Assembly (NCBI GenBank): GCA_001512785.1
Contig: LFSQ01000002.1
Coordinates: forward strand, 529-64,528
Reading direction: 5' to 3'
DNA from: Syntrophomonas sp. DTU019
GTDB taxonomy: Bacteria; Bacillota; Syntrophomonadia; Syntrophomonadales; Syntrophomonadaceae
Length of the DNA stretch: 64,000 nucleotides
Shown here piece after piece: positions 48,199-57,076 of this stretch. A program made the translations under genes and the position numbers. Below the pieces are notes generated by a model, which saw only the letters and a list, made by a program, of their open reading frames with translations, searched no databases and had not been told where the DNA came from. Positions within the stretch are counted from its first letter, which is position 1. Every line of letters begins with the position of its first letter.

Positions 48199-49542
48199 AT
48201 GGCTGAAGGGATATTCCACTATTATTTCTTATTGAGCGAGGATGCAGCACCTTTCATTGACAAAATGGCCCCCTGGCTGCAAAACGCCGGATTCCGGCCA
48301 TTAACCGCAGATGATGGGGAAGCTCTGCCTGACGAACTGCCTTTTAAACCGGCTTACTGGCAGTTTGCAGCGGACGAAGGGAGCGGTGTCTTGGCCCTGG
48401 CCTTTAGTCCGGAAAGTACCGGGCAAAACCCTCTGCAACAGCTCAAGTCTCTGGAACAGGAGGCGGGAGTTGATGTGGATATGATCCTGGGGCAGGCCAC
48501 TGTTGTGATAGCCCCCGGGAAGCCTTTTGAAGAAGTGCTTAAGCAGTACCAGGCTGTAGTGAGGAAAAGGCCGGGTACAGAATTGCCCTTGAAAGCCGGT
48601 CGGCTGATGAGACATGTTTTATCATCAACCAGCATCTTTTATATCGCCATCCCTGAGGCCTATGATGCCAGGAACTCTCATTTTTGGGGACAACGCCTGG
48701 CCCAGCTGGAGGGGCAGCATTTCAAGATGAGAATCATAACCCGGCTCCTGGGGGAACAGTTAAACTCAGTAAAGCGGGAATATGGGGCTCTGGAACATGA
48801 ACTGTCCTTAATACTGCACTCCAACCTGGTTTCAAAACAGGGCGAGCTGGCAGAAAGTGAGGAACTGGATGAGCAATTGAAATTGTTGACCACCTCTTAT
48901 GCCAAACTGGCCGGCAACCGCCGTCTCATCGCCGAAGGTAAAGCAAACCTCCAGGCCCTGCTCAACCAGTTCACCCGACAGCTCCGGCAGGAACCGGCTT
49001 TTGATTTTACCTCCGCGGGGTTTAACACCCTGATAGAGAATTATCAGCAACGCCTCGAGCAGCTAACCCAGACTGAAGCCCATCTGCAGGTTTCCCAGCA
49101 GGATTACCAGGCTGCCATAGAGGTGGTGCGCAGCCGCATTGACATAATGAACAGCCGCAGCAATCTGGCTACACAGGCCCAAATCCGCGAACTGATGGAG
49201 CATAACACCCAGATGCAGAAACAGAGCCTGGTTTTCCAATATGCGGCCGGTTTGATCGAGTTTATCGTGCTGGCTTATTACAGCCATTCCCTGTGGAAAA
49301 ACCTGGCTTATCAAGCCTATAACATGATACCGGCCTCAATACAATTCATGGTGGTTTTGTTGTTTTCGGGCCATGCCGTGTATTGTACCCACCTTTTGGC
49401 AGAATACATACAGGGTGAACATGAGGTCAAGAACAAGGTAGCAATAGCCTTGCTGTTAATGGCCCTGCTGCTCGGGGTGATCATAGTCTATACCGCCTGG
49501 ATCAGCTCGCAAGGTGTTCCCGGCGCTTTACCGGGGCATTAG
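48199..49542 (+). CDS. Orphan membrane protein with CorA-like architecture (function unknown)
   Basis: The ATG at 48199 is preceded by GGGAGGAAGAGAGG; the track ORF starts at 48160. It has an N-terminal soluble domain, long Q/E/L-rich coiled coils and 2-3 C-terminal TM helices. The GMN motif is absent. Confidence 0.7.
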   Translation: MAEGIFHYYFLLSEDAAPFIDKMAPWLQNAGFRPLTADDGEALPDELPFKPAYWQFAADEGSGVLALAFSPESTGQNPLQQLKSLEQEAGVDVDMILGQATVVIAPGKPFEEVLKQYQAVVRKRPGTELPLKAGRLMRHVLSSTSIFYIAIPEAYDARNSHFWGQRLAQLEGQHFKMRIITRLLGEQLNSVKREYGALEHELSLILHSNLVSKQGELAESEELDEQLKLLTTSYAKLAGNRRLIAEGKANLQALLNQFTRQLRQEPAFDFTSAGFNTLIENYQQRLEQLTQTEAHLQVSQQDYQAAIEVVRSRIDIMNSRSNLATQAQIRELMEHNTQMQKQSLVFQYAAGLIEFIVLAYYSHSLWKNLAYQAYNMIPASIQFMVVLLFSGHAVYCTHLLAEYIQGEHEVKNKVAIALLLMALLLGVIIVYTAWISSQGVPGALPGH

Positions 49543-49550
49543 GGAAAACA

Positions 49551-49742
49551 TTATTTGCCCATCAATTTGATGGCCTTTAACCTCTCCAGCAGGCGCTTAT
49601 AATGGCTTTCCTCCTCACGGGCAATCTGTTCCAGCATGAGCCTGGTTTCCGGATCCTCGGCAATACGAGCCAATTCCAGGTATTTCTCCTTGGTCTGACT
49701 CTCCTGTTCGCAGGCTAATTCCAGTGCTTGTCTGATATTCAT
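49551..49742 (-). CDS. 63-aa ferritin/rubrerythrin-like two-helix protein
   Basis: Two predicted helices carry E...E and EExxH (REEESH) ligands, like half of a diiron four-helix bundle. Confidence 0.5.
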   Translation of the reverse strand: MNIRQALELACEQESQTKEKYLELARIAEDPETRLMLEQIAREEESHYKRLLERLKAIKLMGK

Positions 49743-49947
49743 GTCTGTTCTCCTTAAACCATATCGTTTCTCCTGACATTATATTATATATTAAAACCGG
49801 CCTCAGGGTCGATTCCTGCCTGAATCCCGCCGCTCGAGGGCTGCCCGCCTGTATAATCTGCTTTAAGCTTAAGCCTGTGTTAAGCCAGGAATCTTTGTCA
49901 TCTGCTTCGTCAATACTAGCTCATAAGAAGAGCAAGCAGGTGTTGAG

Positions 49948-50628
49948 ATGAACGAAGCTCTAGTGGTTTTGGTACGCAGTTTGATCGCTTTTGCCTCTCT
50001 GCTCATTTTCACCAGAATGCTGGGAAAACGGCAGCTAAGCCAGCTTACCTTTTTTGATTATGTTCTGGGCATAACCATTGGCTCGATAGCAGCCAGTGTC
50101 TCCACCGACCTGAGCAGTCCCGCCTGGCCTCACTGGGTGGGCCTGTTTACCTGGGTGGCTGTAGTGGCCATTGTGCAGTGGTGCAGCATCCGCTGGAAGA
50201 TAGTGGACCGTTTCTTAAGCGGGGAACCGGTAGTGATGATCATGAAGGGTAAGATCCTGGAACAAAATATGAAAGCGGTTCGTTATACCATATCCGAATT
50301 ATTGGAGCATTTGCGCGACAAAGAGGTGTTTGATATAAGCCAGGTGGAGTTCGCGGTTTTAGAGACCAGCGGCACTTTATCGGTATTGCTCAAACCGGAG
50401 TATCAACCCCCTACCTTAAAGGATCTGAATATCACCCCGCCGCAGGGTGGAATAAGCACCGAGCTTATCTACAGCGGCCTGGTCATAGAGGAGAATCTGA
50501 AACAGGCCGGGGTTAATCATAAGTGGTTGATGAAGCAGCTCAAAGCTCAGGGGATATCAAACCCGGACGAGGTGTTCCTGGCTACTTACAACCTTCAGAG
50601 CGGGGTGTTGTATGTGGACAAATACTAG
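49948..50628 (+). CDS. DUF421 (YetF/YrbG-like) membrane protein
   Basis: 226 aa with 3 N-terminal TM helices and a C-terminal soluble domain (GEPVVMIMKGKILEQNM). Confidence 0.75.
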   Translation: MNEALVVLVRSLIAFASLLIFTRMLGKRQLSQLTFFDYVLGITIGSIAASVSTDLSSPAWPHWVGLFTWVAVVAIVQWCSIRWKIVDRFLSGEPVVMIMKGKILEQNMKAVRYTISELLEHLRDKEVFDISQVEFAVLETSGTLSVLLKPEYQPPTLKDLNITPPQGGISTELIYSGLVIEENLKQAGVNHKWLMKQLKAQGISNPDEVFLATYNLQSGVLYVDKY

Positions 50629-50652
50629 GATAAACAAACGTGGAGCATTAGC

Positions 50653-51018
50653 ATGCAAAAACTGATTTATTACAGTATAGTTGCGGTAATTCTCGCCTTA
50701 AGCATATTGGTGATGAATGCGGACCTCTTTTTGAGCACCGGCCGTACGGAAAGCGAAAATGTCCCCTTGCATATCTCAGCACTGAAAACCTCGCTGGAAC
50801 ATGCTCAATGGGAATCGGCCCAGCAGGAATACCAAGCCTTGACTGGGGCCTGGCAGATCATTAAGCCGCGGATACAGTTCAGTGTGGAGAAAAATCAAAT
50901 GGATGCCATCGATGCGGGCTTAGCCAGACTGGCTGCTTATATCCGCTGGCGGGACAGAGTCGGGGCGGCGGTGGAACTGAGCGAGATTGAAGCCCACTGG
51001 CATGATTTACGGCGCTAA
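50653..51018 (+). CDS. DUF4363-like small membrane-anchored protein
   Basis: 121 aa with an N-terminal TM helix and a helical domain. It is the usual partner downstream of DUF421 genes (from memory). Confidence 0.6.
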   Translation: MQKLIYYSIVAVILALSILVMNADLFLSTGRTESENVPLHISALKTSLEHAQWESAQQEYQALTGAWQIIKPRIQFSVEKNQMDAIDAGLARLAAYIRWRDRVGAAVELSEIEAHWHDLRR

Positions 51019-52119
51019 AGCCTGACATGCGGCTATAGCCTCAAGGACCGCCTGCCGGGGCACATCATCGCGGATGGCGAAATACCCGATACCTTCAGGC
51101 AATACCAGCCGCAGTTTGCCCCCCTGCACTTTTTTGTCGTTTTGCATATGCAGGTAAACCATTTCGGGGGGATAATGCGGAAACTTATACTCCAGCCCCA
51201 GGCTCTGGCACAAAGTGGCGATGCGCTTCAATTCCTGCTCCTCAAGCATTCCCAACTGCATGGCCAGTACAGCCGCTGCCATGCAACCCATCACTACCGC
51301 TTCCCCATGGGTATAGGTCTGATAACCGCCCAGCTTTTCCAGGGCATGGCCAAAGGTATGCCCCAGATTTAGGCTCATGCGCAGGCCTGCCTCACGCTCG
51401 TCCTCGCTCACGATCATGCTCTTGAGTTCACAGCAGCGCTTGATAATAGCCTCCAACACTGTCAAATCGCGGCTGAGGATCTGCTCGCTGCTCTTTTCCA
51501 GGCAGCTGAACAAATCGGCATCAAAAGTGAGGGCGTACTTGACCACCTCTCCCAGACCGCTCAGGTAATCACGGCCAGACAGGCTCAACAGGGTATGGCT
51601 GTCCACGATTACCAGCACAGGCTGATGAAAGGCCCCGATCAGATTCTTGCCCTCACTGTGATTCACCGCCACCTTGCCGCCCACACTGCTGTCCACCTGA
51701 GCCAGCAGTGTGGTAGGTATCTGCACCAGACGGATCCCGCGCCGGTAAATGGCCGCCACAAAACCGGCCAGATCTCCAACCACTCCGCCTCCTAAAGCCA
51801 CCACTACACCGGAGCGCTCCAGCCCGGCCTGTACGGCCCTATCTATGATTTTCATGGCTTCCTGCACATTTTTATACTGTTCGCCATCAGGCATCTGCGC
51901 AACTACGAGTCGCATGCCCTGCCTGCTCAGGCTGTTTACCACCTGCTCCCCGTAAAGGGAGAATACCAGGGGATTGCTGACCAAAAGGGCCTGCTGTGTA
52001 CCGGTCAATTCCTGGATGAGCCTACCCGCCTCATGCAATAGACCTGAGCCTATCAGGATGTTGTACGAACGTTTCCCCAGATCCACTGAAAGCTCGGTCA
52101 CTGTTGTATCCTCCTGCAA
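51007..52119 (-). CDS. aroB: 3-dehydroquinate synthase
   Basis: 370 aa with GGGVVGDLAGF, the NAD-binding motifs and the metal ligands HTFGHALE...HGEAV. Confidence 0.93.
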   Translation of the reverse strand: MQEDTTVTELSVDLGKRSYNILIGSGLLHEAGRLIQELTGTQQALLVSNPLVFSLYGEQVVNSLSRQGMRLVVAQMPDGEQYKNVQEAMKIIDRAVQAGLERSGVVVALGGGVVGDLAGFVAAIYRRGIRLVQIPTTLLAQVDSSVGGKVAVNHSEGKNLIGAFHQPVLVIVDSHTLLSLSGRDYLSGLGEVVKYALTFDADLFSCLEKSSEQILSRDLTVLEAIIKRCCELKSMIVSEDEREAGLRMSLNLGHTFGHALEKLGGYQTYTHGEAVVMGCMAAAVLAMQLGMLEEQELKRIATLCQSLGLEYKFPHYPPEMVYLHMQNDKKVQGGKLRLVLPEGIGYFAIRDDVPRQAVLEAIAACQALAP

Positions 52120-52127
52120 TTGTCGAT

Positions 52128-52682
52128 CTATTCCTGCAATTCTGGGGGGTTTTTGCGCCTGCTGTTCAGCCTCTTTATTTGCACAACAATCTCATTGACC
52201 ACCTTGTTTAAATCCTGACCGGTGGTGTTGATCCTGATATCGGCACAGGCATAGTATTCCTCTCGAGCGGCCAGCATTTTCTCAATATCATCAACCGTGG
52301 TATGCTTGCCTAACAAGGGACGGTTGCTCTTTTTGCGGCTGACCCTGGACATAATGGCCTCCGGGCTGGCTTCCAGGCCGACGATAATGCCGTTTCTTTT
52401 CAATGCGGCCACATTCTCGGGATGCAGCACCACCCCGCCTCCGGTTGCGATCACCAGATTGGAGCGCTGCCCCAGCTTCTTGGCCATCAATTGTTCCTCG
52501 GAGCGAAATCTGGTTTCACCATGCTTCCTGAATATTTGCGCGATGCTCATACCGGTGATGCGCTCGATCTCACGATCCATATCCACGAACTCCAGCTGAA
52601 GCCGTTCTGCCAGACGCATCCCCACCGTAGTCTTGCCAGTGCCCATAAAACCTATTAAGACTATATTCTTTCCCATCGCCAC
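52128..52682 (-). CDS. aroK: Shikimate kinase
   Basis: 184 aa with Walker A GFMGTGKTT and the GGG lid (ATGGGVV). Confidence 0.92.
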   Translation of the reverse strand: MAMGKNIVLIGFMGTGKTTVGMRLAERLQLEFVDMDREIERITGMSIAQIFRKHGETRFRSEEQLMAKKLGQRSNLVIATGGGVVLHPENVAALKRNGIIVGLEASPEAIMSRVSRKKSNRPLLGKHTTVDDIEKMLAAREEYYACADIRINTTGQDLNKVVNEIVVQIKRLNSRRKNPPELQE

Positions 52683-53848
52683 ACCTTTTTCATATACTTT
52701 TGATAGCCTGCAAAAGCATCCCTGACTTGATCCAGATGGTCCCCACTGAATTTGTGCAGAAAAGCCCGGGCAATGCCGAAGGACATCATGGCCTCACCTA
52801 CCACCGCCGCAGCCGGGACTGCGCAAATATCAGATCTCTCCACTGCGGCTTTTTCTTCCTGCCACAGCCTGGTATCTACACTTCTCAGGGGTTTGTACAG
52901 GGTCGGTATCGGTTTCATATAACACCTGGCCCAAATGGTCTCGCCGTTGCTTATACCGCCTTCAATGCCCCCGGCCCGGTTGGTCTGGCGGTATATTCCC
53001 TGTTGATTATTGTAAAATATCTCATCATGAACCCTGGATCCAGGCAACTCGGAATTCCTGACCCCATCGCCGATCTCCACCGCTTTGATAGCCGGTATGC
53101 TCATCAACAGCCCGGCAAGCATTGCGTCCAGTTTTGTATCCCAGGACACATGGCTGCCCAGCCCAGGTGGAACCCCGACTGCCCCTACTTCAAAGCACCC
53201 TCCCAGCGATTCGCCTTCCTGGCGGGCATAGTCTATGGCCTCCATCATGGCCCGTGAAGCCTGGGGGTCGGCACAGCGAACGGCAGATTTTTCTGCCTCC
53301 TGCACTAGCTGCTGCCAGTTCCGGCGGTCAACCGGCCGGCTTTGACACTTGACTTCTCCGATAGCCAGCACCTGACTGTAAATGCGTATGTTGAATACCG
53401 CCAGGAATTGCTTAAAAATCGCCCCTGCGGCTACCCGGCAAGCAGTCTCGCGAGCGCTGGCCCTCTCCAGTACGTTGCGCATATCCCGGTGATTATATTT
53501 AATAGCCCCGGGCAGGTCGGCATGGCCGGGCCGGGGAGAGGTCAGCAGGCCTTCATCCGCTTTCACCTTCTCCTCGCTGCTCATGATATTTTCCCAATTG
53601 GGGTAATCCTTATTGGCGATTATAAACGCAATCGGGCTGCCCAGGCTCATGCGGTTGCGCACCCCGGACATAATCTCAATCTGATCCTTTTCGATGGCCA
53701 TGCGCCCACCTCGGCCATAACCCTGCTGCCGCCTGTGAAGCTCATGGTCGATGGCTTCCCGGTCGATAGGTACACCGGCCGGCAAACCGGTTATTACACC
53801 AACCAGGGCCTTGCCATGTGACTCGCCGCTGGTCTGAAAACTAAGCAT
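52661..53848 (-). CDS. aroC: Chorismate synthase
   Basis: 395 aa with the signature motifs GESHG, GRSSARETA-like (RASARETACRV) and RSDICAVPAA. Confidence 0.94.
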   Translation of the reverse strand: MLSFQTSGESHGKALVGVITGLPAGVPIDREAIDHELHRRQQGYGRGGRMAIEKDQIEIMSGVRNRMSLGSPIAFIIANKDYPNWENIMSSEEKVKADEGLLTSPRPGHADLPGAIKYNHRDMRNVLERASARETACRVAAGAIFKQFLAVFNIRIYSQVLAIGEVKCQSRPVDRRNWQQLVQEAEKSAVRCADPQASRAMMEAIDYARQEGESLGGCFEVGAVGVPPGLGSHVSWDTKLDAMLAGLLMSIPAIKAVEIGDGVRNSELPGSRVHDEIFYNNQQGIYRQTNRAGGIEGGISNGETIWARCYMKPIPTLYKPLRSVDTRLWQEEKAAVERSDICAVPAAAVVGEAMMSFGIARAFLHKFSGDHLDQVRDAFAGYQKYMKKVWRWERI

Positions 53849-53881
53849 TATTTACTCCTTATTCTTAGATTTGGTATGCTA

Positions 53882-54337
53882 TCACCAGCTGGCCGGGGGA
53901 TGATCAGACACCCGGATACGGCCGGCTACCGGACTGACTATAACATAGCTGGTTTGACCCTCTTCATTCATCAGCACCACAGTCCCTCCGGCCCGCGGTA
54001 TCCCTGAAGGCTGAAAGATACAGGCCGGGACCTGGCCGATGCGGGTGGGGAAATTGGGCAATGCGGCATACTGCGCCCCGTCCAGATAATAGCGGGTAGT
54101 GTCCATCAAATAGGAATTGTTGGAATAATAGAAGCGCACCATCTGGCTCTGTCCGGAATAAATCGCTTTTTGCTGGGCGGAACGCAACACCCAGCCCATC
54201 ATTTCAGCACTGTTTTCCAGGCGCTGCCGGGCTATTACCTGCTCTAAAGCCGGGGCCAGCGCTACCAGGCTAAATGAAACAATCAGCATCACCAAGATCA
54301 GCTCCAACAAAGTGAATCCCTTGTCATCGCAGGGCAT
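53882..54337 (-). CDS. Prepilin-type N-terminal domain protein (GspH/FimT/ComGD-like minor pilin)
   Basis: 151 aa with the class III signal DDKG/FTLLELILVMLIVSF. It overlaps the aroE 3' end by 14 nt and lies 33 nt upstream of aroC. Confidence 0.78.
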   Translation of the reverse strand: MPCDDKGFTLLELILVMLIVSFSLVALAPALEQVIARQRLENSAEMMGWVLRSAQQKAIYSGQSQMVRFYYSNNSYLMDTTRYYLDGAQYAALPNFPTRIGQVPACIFQPSGIPRAGGTVVLMNEEGQTSYVIVSPVAGRIRVSDHPPASW

Positions 54338-55178
54338 CTTCTGCCACTCCTCTCATGAACTCCACTGGAGCCTTAATGCCCAGCCACAATTCCAAACTCA
54401 AAGCAGCCTGATAAACAAACATCGACAGCCCATCAATGGTGGGCAGGCCGGCCTGTTGTGCCAGGCAGAGCAGTTTGGTCACCGGCGGGTTGTATACTAT
54501 ATCACAGATCAAAGTCCCCGGCTGAAGCATATTGAGGTGCAAAACCGGGCTATTGTCGGTCTCGGGGAACATGCCTACCGGGCTGCAGTTCACTATCAAA
54601 TCAGCATTTGGGGCATAATGCTCGAAGATTTCATGACTCATCCGCCCGGCTGCCGCCGAGCCCCCGACCTGGCGGTTTATGAACCGAGCCAGTGATTGGG
54701 CCCGTTCAACATCTATGTCCAGCAATACCAGCTGCTTTATCCCGGCCATGGCCAGTTGACAGGCAATTGCCCGGGCTGCGCCGCCGCTGCCGATTAACAC
54801 CGCAGATTGCAGTTTGCTTGAAGAGTGCTCCTGCAACGCCTGCATAAACCCGGCCCCGTCCGTATTATGACCGACCAGGTAACCTGACTGATTCACTATC
54901 ACATTCACCGCTGCACAGGCTCTGCTTTCAGGACTGAGTTCATCCAGGTAAGGAATAACGGCTTCCTTGAAAGGGATGGTCACATTAACCCCGCTTATGC
55001 CCAGAACGCGTATGGAGTTCACTGCTTCCTTAAGCTGTAGAGCATCGATTTCAAAGGGTAAATAGACGTAATTGAGGCCCAGATGACGTAAAGTGCGGTT
55101 ATGCAGTAAAGGTGAAAGACTGTGCCGCAAGGGGTTGCCTATTATTCCTAAGCAGCGGGTTTGAGTATTTATATCCAT
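54324..55178 (-). CDS. aroE: Shikimate dehydrogenase
   Basis: 284 aa with GNPLRHSLSP, the NVTIPFK motif and the Rossmann GSGGAARA. Confidence 0.93.
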   Translation of the reverse strand: MDINTQTRCLGIIGNPLRHSLSPLLHNRTLRHLGLNYVYLPFEIDALQLKEAVNSIRVLGISGVNVTIPFKEAVIPYLDELSPESRACAAVNVIVNQSGYLVGHNTDGAGFMQALQEHSSSKLQSAVLIGSGGAARAIACQLAMAGIKQLVLLDIDVERAQSLARFINRQVGGSAAAGRMSHEIFEHYAPNADLIVNCSPVGMFPETDNSPVLHLNMLQPGTLICDIVYNPPVTKLLCLAQQAGLPTIDGLSMFVYQAALSLELWLGIKAPVEFMRGVAEDALR

Positions 55179-55243
55179 GGCAGGCTCCTTTTATACTGCT
55201 GGGATGACATCCTCTGGTGGTCAGGCGACGTGTTATACAGCCT

Positions 55244-55762
55244 TCAGAAGCGCTTGCTTCTACGCCGCTGCTTCTGTTTCAGGCGTTTCAAGACCATTTT
55301 CTCCATAGCCCGGGATATTTTGGTGCCAAAAAACTCCTTTCTGGCCAGCGGGGTTACCAGTATGGTATATAACCCGGCGCGATTGCCTCCCAGGACATCG
55401 GTAAAAATCTGATCCCCGATCACCGCCGTTTCCTCGGGTTTAACCTGCATAATCTCCATGGCACGGTAAAAAGCAGCCCGGCGAGGCTTCTTGGCTTTGA
55501 AGATAAAGGGGATATCCAGGTGTTTGGCTACAGCCAGGCAGCGCTGTTCCTTGTTGTTGGACAGGATGCAGGCCCGAAACCCCGCTTGCTTTATGTTTTG
55601 GAACCATTCCCCCACCTGCTTGTGCACGGTATTGCTGTTCCACTCCGTAATAGTATTGTCCAGATCCAGAATTAAGGCCTTGATTTGGCGAGCTTGCAGG
55701 CTTGCCAGAGGAATATCGGTCAATGATGCTACCTGCAGGTCGGGATACAGTTTGTTTATCAT
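55244..55762 (-). CDS. yqeG: YqeG-family HAD phosphatase
   Basis: 172 aa with DxDxT (LILDLDNT) and GDQIFTD. Being adjacent to aroE matches the Bacillus yqeG-yqeH-aroD(E) locus. Confidence 0.85.
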   Translation of the reverse strand: MINKLYPDLQVASLTDIPLASLQARQIKALILDLDNTITEWNSNTVHKQVGEWFQNIKQAGFRACILSNNKEQRCLAVAKHLDIPFIFKAKKPRRAAFYRAMEIMQVKPEETAVIGDQIFTDVLGGNRAGLYTILVTPLARKEFFGTKISRAMEKMVLKRLKQKQRRRSKRF

Positions 55763-56779
55763 CTATTCAACCTCACAGCTGTCTTGCAGGGCCTGACTCA
55801 ATATCTGCGCAGCTCGCTCCGGCGCGACCGGATTCATGTAGAAACCAGTGCCGATCTCCACTGCATTCATCACCATCAAACGGGGAGTTATCTCCATAAA
55901 CCAGTGATATCCCTTTTCCTCACCATTATTGACCGGCGCCGTGTTTATGCTGATATTGTAAGCCGGGTGGTCCAGGGCATTCATCATGGCGCCTATATAA
56001 GCCTTGCTCAAAACCGCCAGGTCTGCTATCTCCTGGTCAGATATCCCATCATAATGCTCGGTATGGGTCTTGGGTATAATCCACGCTTCATAGGAAAACC
56101 GCGAAGCATAGGGGCACAGCAGCAAAAAGTAATCGGTTTCGGTAACCACCCTGATTTTTCTGGCTATTTCCGCCGCTATGGTATCACAGATCAGGCAGCG
56201 CTGATGCTTTTCATAATAACGCCCTATGGCCGCATTTTGTCCGGGGACCATGGGATAGGCCAAGATCTGGCTGTGGCTGTGCTGCTGGGAAGCCCCGGCA
56301 AATAAGCCCCGGTTTTTATAAATCTGGATGTACTTTATGCGCGGGTCCTGCTTTAAATCCCGATACCTCTGCCGCAACAAGCGGTAGAGGTGCTCGATAT
56401 GCTCTGGACTGCGCTGATGGATTTCCTGATAATGCCAGGGGGTTTCAATCACTACCTCGTGATGCCCCAGTCCATTGAAGCATTCAAAAAGCCCTGTCTG
56501 CGACCGGTGCAGTTCACCCTCCAGGTTAAAAGCGGCATATTTGTTGGGCACAGTGCGCACCAGCCATCCCGGGGAATCGGGGAGGCTGCCCTGCAGGCGG
56601 ACAGCAGCGATCTCCTGTGTGGTACAGGCTTCACGTCCCTCGCAAAAAGGACAGTCACTGCCGTCAAAATGAGCACTGACCTGATTGCGATTAATGGGGA
56701 ATTGATCCGGTTTTAAAGCATTATCGGCTACTATAACCACCCAATTGTCCCTGACCAAATCCTTGCGCAGTTCTGGCAA
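55763..56779 (-). CDS. Galactose-1-phosphate uridylyltransferase-like HIT-superfamily nucleotidyltransferase/phosphorylase
   Basis: 338 aa with a zinc motif (CPFCEG) and the active-site HSHSQ (HxHxQ). Confidence 0.8.
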   Translation of the reverse strand: MPELRKDLVRDNWVVIVADNALKPDQFPINRNQVSAHFDGSDCPFCEGREACTTQEIAAVRLQGSLPDSPGWLVRTVPNKYAAFNLEGELHRSQTGLFECFNGLGHHEVVIETPWHYQEIHQRSPEHIEHLYRLLRQRYRDLKQDPRIKYIQIYKNRGLFAGASQQHSHSQILAYPMVPGQNAAIGRYYEKHQRCLICDTIAAEIARKIRVVTETDYFLLLCPYASRFSYEAWIIPKTHTEHYDGISDQEIADLAVLSKAYIGAMMNALDHPAYNISINTAPVNNGEEKGYHWFMEITPRLMVMNAVEIGTGFYMNPVAPERAAQILSQALQDSCEVE

Positions 56780-57076
56780 AGCACCACCCCCCTAAAACGC
56801 TCGCCAAAACAGCCTGGTTGCAAAACTGGCTCACTGCTACATACTGATATTCTAATAAAACCGAGCCGGATTTATTACAGAGAGTCCTTAGATAATAAGA
56901 CAGTACATTATAAAAAATACTATATCAAGAGCGGAACTCCTTTTTAATCGGGCCGGGTTTTCCAAAGCAGCATAACCTCCACCAGTGTAAAAGGCACCAT
57001 ATTGAGCAGGCTGAAAAACTAGACCTGTATAAATATTCCTCTTATAATATGTATAGTAAATGAAAGGTGGTTATTT

